Origin: Hypanus sabinus
Lineage: Eukaryota
Length of the DNA stretch: 64,000 nt
Assembly (NCBI RefSeq): GCF_030144855.1
Contig: NC_082733.1
Location: 36,518,001-36,582,000 of the forward strand
Direction of reading: 5' to 3'
Part shown: positions 48,381-61,581 of the stretch, in pieces
Numbering within the stretch: the stretch's first letter is position 1
How the letters are laid out: every line of letters starts with the position of its first letter
Notes under the pieces: generated by a model
Databases searched by the model: none
What the model was told of the DNA's origin: nothing
What the model saw: only the letters and a program-made list of their open reading frames with translations
Position numbers and translations under genes: made by a program

Positions 48381-51300
48381 TATAATATATTTTGGTAATC
48401 AATTTACTATGATCTTCTGTGCTCTAGTACCGTATGACTTTAATTTCACCAGATGTATCTCCCGACTTTTACTTTAGTCATTCTACTGTAGGTGTTTACA
48501 TTTAAAGGAGTTGTATAAATGTAAGATGGAGATATTATAGACAAGCCTGATTCTTTATGATGGGATTTACTAACAAACCTTTAATGGAGATTGTTTTAAC
48601 AGAGTTTGGAGCCTTGGCTGGTTTCTTGTCTTCTCCAAAGCCTGATGATCTTGACAAGTCTAGTACTGTTACGTTGAGACCAATCAGCTTATCATACCTA
48701 GTACCTTTTATTCTATTTGTTGTCACATGAATTAGTGCTGCCACATCAGCCCATATTATCTTAGTCATTCAAAGAAGGTAGGGTTGATAGACTGTAAAGA
48801 AACTGCAGCCTGTTCTGTTTCTGAAGAAAAGCTTGACGTTCAGTGAGAAGCATCTAAACCTGGGGCAGTGGTGGGGAGGGGAAGAAGTCATGTGATCATA
48901 GTTGAATCATTGTGATTAAATTCCTAACCCATGCATGGTTTATGGCTAAATGTTACTGAGTAACTTTGACTTAAAAAATAACTTGCCGTGTTTCCTCTCG
49001 TTCCAGCAGCTTCTGTCATGAAACTCACACCAAATCAAGCACCATTGTATGTAAGTAAGACCTTTTTTTATATAAAGAAACAAGACTTAAATATTCCCTG
49101 GAGTCTGAAACTGTTGTTTAATACTCTGGATGATTCGCCAAGCATTAGTCAGCTCTTTTACAGCTCTTGTGCTGTAAATACCATTGCATAATGTGTTTGG
49201 TTATTTTATCATTGTTTCAGTAAAGCACCAGGATCAGGGACTGACATTCCCTTTCTACTCGCTGTTAGCATCCGAAGTGAAATGAGATTCAGTAGTCTTC
49301 GAGTGGGCAACAGCTAGAAATTGCTCGGACTCAGAATTAGTTCTCAGAGCAACAGACACCAGAATGCTGGAGGAACTCAGCAGGTTGGGTAGCATCTAGA
49401 GAGGGGATTACATAGTTGATGTTTCAGGCTGAGATCCTTCATCAGGAACGGAAAGGAAGGGCGGGGGGATGAAGCCAGAATCATTTTGTGTGTGTGTGTG
49501 TGTGTGTTGGTGTTGCTCTGGATTTCCACCATCTGATGAATCTCTTGGTGTGCACTCAAAGAATCTAGCAAAGGCAGAGGGCTGAAATGGAATCAATAGT
49601 CATGATTGCCATCATGGTTTCAGAGAACGGTATCTGGCCCTTTGACCCATCTTGCCTGTGCTCATGTCATTGTCCACCTGTGCTAATCTCACCTCACCTT
49701 GTGTCCGTGAGTTGAATCATCCTCTCCCCCTCCTCTTCTCCAGGAACACCAAGAGCACCCTTTCTGGAGGTAAGTAAAGTGCTCTCATCCAGGCAGTATC
49801 CTGGTGGATAACCTGTGCTGCTGGGGTGGAATCTCTTGTGTTTAGGGGAGAAGTTGTATTGTTAGAGAATATTAGGAAAGGTTTTGTGTGTACATGCACT
49901 GTAGCTGACCTTCATCCTGATGACATTGGCTTAATTTGTCACATGTATATCAAACAGTGAAATGTGTTGTTTGCATCACAGTCTGATGATGTTCTGAGGG
50001 CGTGGATAGCACCACCATAGCGTTCCCATAACTTAACCCTAACCTGTACGCCTTTGGTATGTGGGAGGAAACTAGAGCACACAGAGGAAAGCCCCACGGT
50101 CATCGGGGGAGTGTAGAAACTACTAATAGACAATGGCAGGAATCAAAACCTGATGTGTGATTGCTGTAAAGGTTTACGTTAACATGTGGCCCATTATGAT
50201 GAGCATGAAAAAAAGAATCACACAAATTACTGGTGGAATTTAGGTTTGGCAGCATCTAGGTGAGACCAGGTAAGGGGATGTGGCATGGTTGGTATGAGAA
50301 GCTGCAAGGTGATAGGTGGAAAAGTTAAAAGGCTGAAAGAGAAATCTGATGGAGGACAATAGACCCATTTGCACTCATCCTATTGCCCCCACCTTTTTCT
50401 GGCTTCCTCTCCCTTTGCCATTCTTGATCAAGGGTCTCATCTGAAATGTCAACTCTATGTTCGTCTCCATTTACCTCAATAGATGCTGCCTGACCTGCTG
50501 AGTTCCTCCAGCACTTTGCGTGTGTGAGTGTGTGTGTTGGTCTGGATGTCTATCACCTGCAGAATTTCGTGTTTATAATCTGCCGAATGTCTTGTGTCAA
50601 AGAAAAGTGGTGATTGCTGTTTCTACCTTTTATTAGTGCCTCTTCTCAAGAGGGAAGTTAATCAAATGGTGGCACAGTTTAAGGGAATGTTTTTGTATTG
50701 GTTCGAAGGTTGGCTGAAGGAAAGCTGCTCTGACATGGAGCTGACTTCTAATGCCTCATCCAGTTGGTTATTATGTTACTTGGTTATCTGTTGCTGTGTG
50801 AATGTAAACATGTTCAGCTATTTACCCCCTTGCATTCAAGCCAGAGTAACTAGGGGTAGTCTTCATGTTGGCATTTCTCAGTGATTAGAGGCAAGACCGG
50901 GCTGTAGTTTCATTTTGTGGTGAGATGGGTGGGGACTGGCTCTCTGACCTCTGACCCCAGCGGCAAAGTGACTAATCACACTGTTTCTACTGCAACCCAG
51001 CTACGATGTTGTTAGGTCGAGGATATTGGCCAAATTTTTTTAAATATAAGCACGTAAACACAAGATGTTCTGCAATTGCTGGAAACCCTGAGCAACACAC
51101 AAAACGTGGGAGAAGCTCAGCAAGTCAGATGGCATTTATGTAGGGGAATAAATAGTCAATATATAACACTTAGACCCTTCATCAGGACTGGAAAGTAAAG
51201 GGGCATGTCAAGAGAATGATTGTACCTGGGATCATCGCTGGGAGGCTTGGACATGGAGATGGAAGCCCTGGGTAAAATCTGTTTTTGTTTTGATAGAAGA

Positions 51301-51975
51301 ACTCTGCACGAAATGTCACCTGTTCATTTCCCTCTGTAGATGCTACTTGACCCACTGAGTTCCTCCTATGTTTCTCCAGATTTCAAACATCTGAAAAATC
51401 AGAAATCACATAAATTTAATAAAGGACTATTTTCCAATATTAAATTGCCAATTGGTTTATTACTGTCACATGTATGGGGACACCATGAAAACTGGTTTGC
51501 ATGCCATCCATACAGATAATTTTATCTGTCAATATGTGGAGCTAGTACAAGGAAAAAGCATGGACAGAATGCAGAATGAAGTGTTACAGTTACAGAGAAA
51601 GTGAAGAAAGGCAATAAAGTATAAGGAACAAAATAAGGGTGATTATGAGAAGTGTCTATCTAATCGTGCTAGGGGACCATTCAATAGTCTGACAACAAAA
51701 GGGTAGAGGTTGTCCTTGTGTTTGGTGGTACGTGCTTTTGGGGTTTTGGATCTTCTGCCAAATGGTTGGTGGTGGGGGAGAAGTGAGAATGTCTAAGTAG
51801 TCTGGGGTCTTTTGATTATGCTGTCCGCTCTACCAAGGCAATGAGAAGTATCGATAGGATCCATGAAGGGCAGGCTGGTTTCCATGATAGACTGAGCTGT
51901 GTTCACAACTTTGCAATTTCTTGTGGTGGCATGCCAAGTGGTTGCCATACCCAGCCATTTTGCATTATTATACAC

Positions 51976-52178
51976 AAAATAAAATCTGCAGATGCTGGAA
52001 ATCCAAGCAATGCACACAAAATGCTTGAGAGACTTGGCAGGCCAGGCAGAGTCTACGGATAAGAGTATTGTTGACGTTTCGGGTTGAAGCAGTCCAGCCG
52101 AAGGGTTTTGGCCTAAAATGTCACCAATTCTCTCTTCCATAGGTGCTGCCTGGTCTGTTGAGCTCCTCCAGCATTTTC
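51976..52178. mobile_element. Palindromic PLE-derived element nested in a Rex1 fragment
   Basis: Inverted arms; perfect 15-bp TSD TGCATTATTATACAC at 51961-51975 and 52179-52193. Confidence 0.8.
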
Positions 52179-54465
52179 TGCATTATTATACACCAGTTCA
52201 GATGGAAGTAAAGTGTTAATCAAGTTCAGACATTCATGACAAACTAATCAAAGGATCGTTCAAAGACAACGTGTTTCCAAGTCAGAATGATGAGTAACTT
52301 AGAATGGAGCCCGCAAGTGATGTGGCTCCAGATGTCCTTGCGTGGATGTGGTATTGAAAATGATTGGACGTGATCATAGGGTGAGACTGATTTCCATAAT
52401 GTGCTGAGTTGTGTCCATAACTCTCCATAGCTTCATGGAGTTTCAGACAGAGCAGTTGTCACACCAAGGCATAATGCATCTTCATAAAATAGTTTCTACA
52501 GTGCTTCTATAAAATCTAAAGGTGGTTGTCAGTTATCAGCTTGATAAACAGCAGAAAAATCTGCAATGCAGGCCTTTCAATCTTCCCAGCCAAATCTGTT
52601 CTCTGTCTGTGTCCCTCCCAGAGGTTTGTTATGTTGAACTCTGTCAGTTGGCAGTTGCTCTCACCCTCGGGGCCAGCAGTCCACCCCAAAGCTCCCTGTG
52701 AATGCACAAGGCTTTCAGCTGTTAGCTCAGTTTGCCAAACACACTGAAGAGCTCCCACTTGCTCGTTTGCATTTACATTCCACAGTATTGACGGCCAAAA
52801 GGCTGGGCTTGCTTCACCTGCCAATATATTAACTGGCGTCACTTCACAAGGACAAATCTACAATTCATTTTGTCATATGTTGATCAATGTATTAACCAGT
52901 CTAGTGGGAAACTGAGCAGTTCTGTTGTCATAGTGGGATTGTGCCAGGTCTGCTTTATTGGTTACTGATCAAGAACAGTTATTCTGTCTGGATTTCTTCC
53001 TGTACTATGTCTAGATGTGCAGCAGCCCATTGTAGTTTCTTCACTGTGTCATTCCGCTGTGATCCATTAACTCATTCCTGACCTGTACGACGAAGTTCTG
53101 CGCTGATCATCTTCCCAACTAAGTTGATGGCAAGACAGGAGGGGGTTGGTTGTGTTACATTTTGCAGAAGGTTTACATTCAAGATGTAGGGCAGCATTAT
53201 ATGGAAAGGAATAAAGAATCAACATTTATTATCAAAGTAGTATTTTAACCTGTGATTTTAATCAACTCTACCAAATGTAGAGTTGATTAGAATCACATGG
53301 CATATCTGTGAGGTATGTGCTCTGCCAGGAACCTTGGTGTAATTTGTTATAGAGTTATAAAAAAAATCTTGCCAAACCATTTAAGCTACCTAATCCCATT
53401 GATCTGCACCTGGACCATGAACACCCATACCCCTCCCATCCACGTACCTATCCAAACTTCTCTAAAACGTTGAAATAGAATGGCATCTGTAGAGAAGAGT
53501 AAACAGTCGACGTTTCGGGCTAAGATCCTTCATTAGAGTGCATGTACCTGAAATTCATTTGCAAATCTATGTCATCAATATCAAAGGTTTGTTTGTTTTC
53601 AGAGGAGATTATCTGGACCCCAATGTTTTCCTCTCCTGTCTGTTAAGTATTTGTAGCTGATATTTCCCCTCTTAGGATCAAGGAAATGACTGATGAATAA
53701 ATATATGAAATTTCATTCTGTCAACATATTCAACTTTATTTGATTCATAGTCATCCCTGTCTGGCTGTGCTGACATTATGATTATCAGATGCAGATGCTC
53801 AGTGGAAGGGTTCCTTCTGAGGGATGGGGAAAGAGTGATGGCTCCTGGAAAATGGTTACTTGTTGATTTGATTTTGTTGTGCAATGTCATTGCGAGCTTA
53901 TTATGATGAATGTCTTTGTGCACATTTGTGATTGTGAAGAGGGATGTGAATTCCAGTATTTTGGTTTTTGTGTAATTGTTCAGTGTCAGTGTAACAATTT
54001 CCACCCACCCCCCTCCCAGTATACCAAAGAATAGAGCATCCTTTTTCTCCGAGAGTGAGGAGATTTTTCTTAAGTCTCTTTTTGGTGTAAGTGAAGATGG
54101 AGAGAGTGTGGTAAGGTATATTACTTTAGACTGATGTTTTGGGACTGTACAGGTAGTCCTAAAGGTCTGATGCTATATATCTGTCAATTTTACTATTTTG
54201 CCACTTATTTTCATTTTTCTGAAGGTTTTCCACCTCAACCACACAATAAACAGTTTTGCCTTGAATGTGCTATTGCAGCCTTTTGTCTGATTTTTAAAGT
54301 CCACACGTTATAAGGGCACAAGGCCCTCAGCAAAACCCAATGGTGTGACAACATTGCATTGCAGAGAACAAACTGCAAAAAACACCAAAGCCACTTGTGT
54401 GTGTGTGTGTGTGTGTGTTTGATAATGCCATGACATTCTTTGCTCATATAGAGAACTTATAATGA

Positions 54466-54863
54466 CCTACCTACTCTACACCCCATAATGCCACTGGCGT
54501 TTAGGGCAGCAATGAAGGTCGCCCATCTCTGGCTGTTCATGTCAGTAGCTTGGTTTTCACTACTGTCAATCATGGAAGTCCCGGGTTGAGACTCAGGAAT
54601 GCCATCACACTTAGATGCAGAAGGATTCTTCATTGCTGTTTCATAATTTTCTTTGACCAGTCAGGGTTGCTAGCCTTGAGCAAACCCCGAACCTGGACTG
54701 GTGAACCACTCTTAGTCTGACCTCTACCCCTTTGATCTGTTCGGTATGGGTGACCCTACCAAGAGCCAAAGCAGAAAGCCCTGACTCCAGCCAACATAGC
54801 TCTCCGGGTCATTGAGGCACGCAAACCTCCAATCTCTACGACAAGTTTATCCTCCTCTTGGAG
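54466..54863 (-). mobile_element. Bipartite non-autonomous RTE (5'UTR fused to 3' end)
   Basis: Expander-like 5'UTR (ggtttgcgtgcctcaatgacccggagagctatgttg...ggtagggtcacccat) joined to RTE ORF end (QRWATFIAALNAS); 13-bp TSD GAACTT(A/G)TAATGA. Confidence 0.75.
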
Positions 54864-55977
54864 GAACTTGTAATGAAAGCACTAAAAATTTTCTAGTCAG
54901 TATTTAATTATTTCAAGTTATGTTCTTGCACTTGAGTTTAATTTGTTAATCCTCCTTCACCAAGTATGTCTTGGATCTCTCTTACAACTAAGCTTAGATT
55001 TGACTCCCATTACATAAGTAACACAAAGTAAATTGCTTCTTGTGCAAATAAGATATAGGAGCAGAAGTAGGCCATTCGGCCCATCGAGTCTATATCAAAT
55101 GTATCTCTATAAATGCGACTTCAGGTGGCAATGCCTCAAAAAGGCAGTATCTGTCATTAAGGACCTCCACCACCCAGGACATGCCCTCTTCTCATTACTT
55201 CCATCAGTGAGGAGGTACAGAAGCCTGAAGAGACGCACTCAATGTATTCGGAACAGCTTCTTCCTCTCTAACATCAGATTTCTGAATGGTCCATGAACCC
55301 TACTTCATTATTCCTCTTTTGCATTGTAATTTATTTTCTGTAACTTATAATCATTTTGATGTCTTGCACTGTAGGTCAATTGTTTATTCCTTCCACAGAT
55401 GCTGTCTGACCTGCTGAGTTCCTCCAGAATTTTGTGTGTATTACTTTGGATTTCCAGCATCTGATGAATAAGACACTTATAAAGAGAATAGTTGCGCAAA
55501 GCTGATAATGCTGCTTTGGTAAAGCAGACAACACAGTTCAATCCCCCACACACCCCAGACATTGGCTTCTCACACTTCCATCAGGTAGAAAATGTGAAAA
55601 CCTGAATGCTATACCATCAGAGTTATGGACAGCATCTCTCCCACTATTATAAGACAATTGACTGTTTCCCTAATATGAAAGATGGACTCTTGACCTCAGT
55701 CTATCTTGTTATAGTCTTCCACTCTATTTGTCTGCTTGCACTCTACCTACTCTAACTGCAACCCTTTATTCTGTATTTTATATTTTATTTTTATTTAGAG
55801 ATATAGTGCGGGTCAGGTCCTTCTGCCCACTGAGATGACGCGCCACCCAGCAGCCAACCACTTTAACCCTAGCCTAATCACAAGATGATTTACAATGACC
55901 AATTAACCTTATAAGCGGTGTATCTTTGGATTGTGGGAGGAAACCAGAGGATACAAATCAAAAGAGAACCGGAGCCA

Positions 55978-58305
55978 TGATATGTTTTGTGTATTTAGTT
56001 TTTCTTCAATGACGTGCGGCCATGTGAGTGGTGACATAAAGACTGATGCCATTCACATACTTATATAACACATAGTGAATTACGTAAATAAAGTATGCTT
56101 GATCAAACAATATATTTGCAATATTACTCAAATATTATTGAAATATTAAATACACAACGCTTCTCCCTGCTTGGCTATAAACTCCAACTCAATATAGAAT
56201 GCATCCCAACTCAAATTTTAAATTGACCCATTCAAGACTAAAGATTTAATTGCTGTGGAGGATTTCTTACTCTTGTGAGATGACACCTCTCTTGACAAAG
56301 GGTCACTCTACTTGGCAGGTGAACTTTGTGGCTGTAAAATAATCTCAGTTTCAGGTGCCTCCTCTGTGATGGTTGTAGGAATTGATTATAGGGTTGCAGG
56401 AAGTGGTTCTGACAGCTCCGGGCTCCTTTCTTCTCCAACAATCGACTCTGCTCTCAACCGATTAATGTGAGATTTTTCTCAATAAATAATTGAGCAAGTA
56501 TAGTGTATTTTTGTGTTCTTTATTTAATTGAATTCTCTTTATCTAGTTTTAGAACTTAAGATCTGATCACATTTTAGGTTTTTTTTTGCAGAAGTAGAGA
56601 GAATTTACAGGTTTCAAAACTTTCATGCACTACTTACTTTAGGTCCGCTTTGCTGAAATGTTTCCCTCCAGAAAGGTTTGTAAGAATATTCTCTATACTG
56701 GGCAGAGGGTATTGATCTACTTACAGTATCAGGTTGATGGTGACCTTGAAATCACCTAACTCATCCTTCTTGGCTGCTGGGACCACTGATATTGTCCATG
56801 GGCTCCACTCAATCTTGGAAAGAATTCCTTCAGCCTCCAAGCAATCTACCTTTATAAAATTTGGGTGTGGCATTTTCAATTAATACTATTTTACTCTTAA
56901 TATATTTCAGTTTTCCTATGGCATCTTTGAACACTGCTGTGGCATCTTCCTGTATCTTTTTAAATTCCTATTCAGTTGGCTTTTGCAGGGGCTGTAGCAT
57001 GTAAATAGTGAATGAATCCCCAATCAAGTTGTAGTTGTCTCAGTCAATCATGGCCCCACAATGCCGACCCTCCTGTTTTTTTACCACAAACAAGCCAAAT
57101 GTGGCTTGTTGATTGTTGTATTTTACTGTTACAAATGTCATTCGTACAGGAGTTACCTTTTCTCCAGTATAGGTACTTAGTTGGATATCTCCAAGCTTCA
57201 GGTTAGTAACCTTGAAGTTCCATTCAAACTCATTTTGTGGAATGACTGACAGCCGAGCCAGGGTCCAATTCCATTTTAGTTAATTTGCCATTCCCCTCTG
57301 ATGTAAGCCATATTCCTTGTCTCTTGGTTGTTTTCATAACGTAAATCTGAAGGCTCTCCAGTCCTGTATCACTCACATTAGTATCAGATTTTTTTTCAAC
57401 AGCATGAAATTAGTGCTCTATTTGAAACTGCAACTTGACTCTTCATCTTTTTCTCTTCCCTATGCAATCTATTTATTTTTGTCCTCCTGACATACTCTTT
57501 GTAGGTGTCCTACTTGGCTGCATTTTCCGCAAGTTCCTCCTTTAAACCTGCATTGTTTTGGTGTATGTGAGCCCCTGCTACAATAGTAACATGTTTTGTT
57601 TGGCCTGGCAGGTTTCTGTTTGGATATTGTAATTCTGTTCCTGACTGTAAATCAGTTGCATTTCTGGCTACTGTTTCCATTGATACAGCAATTTTAACTG
57701 TTCTTTTAAATGTGAGTCCTGGTTCAGTGAGGAGCTGGTTTTGAATGATTTCCTGTAAGATTCCACAAAGTCAATGATCTCTCAGTGCGTCATTAAGCTC
57801 ACCACTGAACTGACAATGCTTGGATGGTTTCTTTAATTCAGCCACGTGAGCTGAAATGTATTCCTCATTTTGATTCCACTTATGAAACCTGAAGTGTTCT
57901 GTAATCAACAATGGTTTTGGCTCTAAATGAATGGCATGAAGTTCACAATATTATCAAAGCTAGTTTCAGTTTTTTTTTACAGTAGATAATCTTCTAAGCA
58001 CACTATGATTCCCCCCTGTGCATTCTGCAATACTGCCATTCGTTTTTCATCGGCTCTTTCATTTGCTTCAAAATACTGCTCAATTTGTTCAATATACATC
58101 ATCCAGTTATCTGTTGTACAATTGAATGCTTCTACCTTTCCGATTATAGCCAAATATTTCTGGATTTTTAAAATTTATTATTATTGTAACCTGATACCTT
58201 TTATGAACTTGTGGCCATACTTGTTAATTTTGTCCACTTTCTGCTCTATTTTTTGCTTGAACTTCTCTCTCCCTTTCTGAAGAAAAATCTCCTGCGCTTC
58301 AACAG
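55978..58305 (-). mobile_element. Decayed, internally deleted Gypsy LTR retrotransposon
   Basis: 3' LTR 55978-56159 with PPT AGCAGGGAGAAG; Pol C-terminus CQERCHLTRVRNPPQQLNL*; RT DFKVTIN...DQYPLPSIENILTNLSGGKHFSK; protease MELDPGSAVS; Gag knuckles CYYCSRGSH...C and CGKCSQVGHLQRVC. Confidence 0.88.
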
Positions 58306-59020
58306 GTGCTTCACCATTTCATCATGGTTGATCCAATTTTCCTGTCAGCCCAAATCTCCTGCCTTCTCCCCATATCCCTTCATGCCCTGACCAATCAACA
58401 ATCTATCAGCCTTTGTCATAAATATGTATAGAGACTTGGCTTCCACTGCTGCCTATGGCAAACAATTCAACCGATTCACCACTTTCTGGCTAAAAAAAAT
58501 TCCTCCTCATCTCCGTTCTAAAAGGATGCCCTCTATTCCGTGTCCTCTGGTGTTAGATTCTCCCACCAAAGGAAATATCCTTGTCACATCCTACTTATCA
58601 AGGCCTTTCACCATTTGATAGGTTTCAATTAGGTTACACCTCATTCTTCTGAATTCCAGTGAATACAGACCCAGAGCCATCAAATGTTCTTCATGTGACA
58701 TGCCATTGAATCCTGGAATAATGTTTGCGAACCTCCTTTGAACCCTAGGAGCCCAAAACTGCTCACAATACTCTTATGTGAGGTCTTACCAGTGTTTTAG
58801 AAAGTCTCAACATTACATCCTTGCTTTCATAGTCTAGTTCTCATGAAATGAATGCTAACATTGTATCTGCCTTCCTTACTACAGAATCAACCTGCAAATT
58901 AAGCTTTAGTCTTAAGACCTTATGTAGCCTCTGCTTCCTCATTTTTTCTACCAACGTGCATGACTTTGCACTTTTCAACACTGTATTCTATCTGTCATTT
59001 TATTGCCCATTCTCCTAATC

Positions 59021-61581
59021 CAGGGGTGGCCAACCTTTTACATTCCATCCGTCAATTTTTTTCACGCATTAGTTCAGATGCACCGTACAACTCTTGTACC
59101 TCCATTCAATTCTTGTAAAGTTATGTTAATATAGACATATTTAGCATTTTTACATGATATATTGATTTAATATAAAAACAAGATAAACATTACTTACCTT
59201 AATGAGACTTGAGTCTGTTTTGATTTTGCCAAGCTTTTAATGTTTGGAGTTAAATTAGTTACTGAGAGCAGCAGAGAATTTTGCAAATTTGAATCAGTCA
59301 ATCGCGACCTCGTTTTGTTTCTTAATCAATTTCATGACTGAAAATGCTTTTTCACATCTGTATATTATTCCGAAATGACAGATATAACTCTGGGCAAATT
59401 TTCTTAGTTCTGGAAAATGTTCACAGGGTAATGATCGCCAGAAGTTCATGTCAGAAGCATTTGGGACTGAAGGAAGCTCATCAAATTTCATGTTCAATAA
59501 TGAATTTGTTTTCAAGTCAACAAGTTCCATTTGTATGTTACTAGGTATCTTCATGATTTTTTGTTCACTAAGTGAAAATGGGCTTATAAATGCAAGTATG
59601 CAGTCATCTTCTTTAGCAAAATCATGAAAACGACTTTCAAATGACTCTTGATTTTTTTCAATATATTTTGTAAAATTGCCATAAACTTCAGCTCATTCAC
59701 TCTGCTCTTTTAAGTGTGGAAACTGGCTCAAATCCGCATTTTCTAACTGAGAGGTGAACAGTTTAAACTTCATCTTGAACGCATTGATATCATTTACTAA
59801 GCTAGGAAACAATTTTTTCTTGCCTTGGAGTTTCAAATTTAGATCATTGAGATGGCTGGTAACATCAACTAAAAATGCTAAATCAAATAGCCAATTGTTA
59901 TTACATAATAGGGCTCTTTCTTCAGGCAGCTCATTTTTCTCTTATAGAAAATTATGAACATTATTATTAAGTTTCCAAAATCTACTCGGAAACTGTCCTC
60001 CAGAAAGCCAGAGCACCTCACAACGAAGGACAAGATTGCCATATTCCAAATCTAACATTTCATGATATTCTGAATTTTTGTCTGTTTAATCCTCTTGCTC
60101 TAATTTTATTCACGCAATTCACAACCAGTAACATAACATGCTGCAAATTTAAAGTTTTTCCGCACAGTGACTCTTGGTGTATAATGCAGTGATATTTTAG
60201 TAGACGATGACCTAAAAAGTTTTCAAGCAAAGTTGTAGTCCCAGTGGCTTTACCTATCATTGACAGCGCTCCGTCAGGACAAACGCCAATGAGTTTACTA
60301 GAATCTAGTTGCAGATTTTCTAGGCATGATTTTCCTTTATCATATATGTCTGATCCTCTTGATTTTCCATGAAGTGACTCAAGACCGATAAGTTTTTCAG
60401 ACGCTAATATTATCATCAATTCCTCTTATAAAAATGCTTAACTGGGCTACATCACATATGTCAGCAGATTCTTCCAAAGCTGAAGAAAAGAAAGTACAAG
60501 CATGGACAAGGTCTTTCACTTGCTCAGATACATCATGACAGATTTCTTCGGAGTGTCTCATAACTGTTTGCTTTGACAGAGCAATTTCGTCTACTTTCCT
60601 TTTGATATTTTTATCACCAAGACATCTTGCAAATATTTGGAGACAAGGCTTAACAATTTCTTTTCTATCAGAGAAAGGCTTCCATTTTTTGGCCAATGCT
60701 AAAGGAATTTTGTAGAATGTTTCTGTCATCGCCAAACTTTCACAACTTCTTTTAACAAATATATTTTGTCTTCTTTTGATTTCTTCCTTTTTCTTAAACA
60801 TATTTCTGTAACTCAGAACCAAGCACTAGCTTCAGTTTTCCTTTTATTTCAGTCTGATGTTGTGTTTTATAGTGTCTTATTAAGATCATGTCTTCTATTA
60901 TGTGAGAAAGTGTTTTCACAAACAATGCACAACGGTTTCCTGACTGACCCACTATAAATAAGAACTCATTTTCCCACTGTTCATTGAATTCAAGCTTACT
61001 ATCACTTTCTCCTTTTCTTTTGCTCATTTTCTTTTGCAATGTGATGGGTAACTGAATGTAAAAACAAGGCTTAATTTTTGAAAAAGTACAAAACTGCAAA
61101 TGTTCACAAAGGACGAACAAAACACAACTCCATAGCGCATGAGTGTCAATTGTACACTGACTGGCAAAAACCTGCGACGTACCGCTGGTGCAGACGCCTG
61201 GCGCCTCAGGATCAAACAAGTATCAAACATGTATTGAACAGTTATGGAACTACTGCAGAACAAAAGTCCTTTTTTCCTAGTTTGACTCATTGAACATTTT
61301 TTTTAAAATTGAAAACAGATTAATGTGGAAGAAGATAACATTTGCCAAAAGATGTGCAGAAAATAATAAAATCGCTAAAAGTTATTGCTATGTTTTAGAT
61401 TTATTCTCAGTAAAACCTATTTCTAGCTCTAAGCTACTTGAATTCCTGTTATGGATTTTTTTCTACAAATTGGTTTTTGGTTAATACTTTTTGCGTGAGC
61501 AGGCTTTCTTTTTTATTATTATCACTGGGGTGCAATGTGCCACTCCTAATCATCCAATACGCCACAGGCTGGCCAACCCTG
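59021..61581 (-). mobile_element. Full-length hAT DNA transposon (Charlie/SPIN/Buster-type), 2561 bp
   Basis: TIRs CAGGGGTGGCCAACCT / AGGCTGGCCAACCCTG; perfect 8-bp TSD TCCTAATC (59013-59020, 61582-61589). Confidence 0.95.
59199..61027 (-). pseudogene. Frameshifted hAT transposase (~600 codons; GTF2IRD2/SPIN-like family)
   Basis: MSKRK...FNEQWENEFLF, IVKPCL, ALEESADICDVAQLSIFIRG, PDGALSMIG, HCIIHQESLC, FW...FPELRKFA...YRCEKAFSVMKLIK, ending SH*; split over several frames. Confidence 0.9.

Noticed and set aside
59199-61027. Host gene GTF2IRD2/ZBED/EPM2AIP1-like
   Set aside because: Lies between TIRs with a TSD, inside a CR1, and is frameshifted; it is a transposon copy, not a domesticated gene
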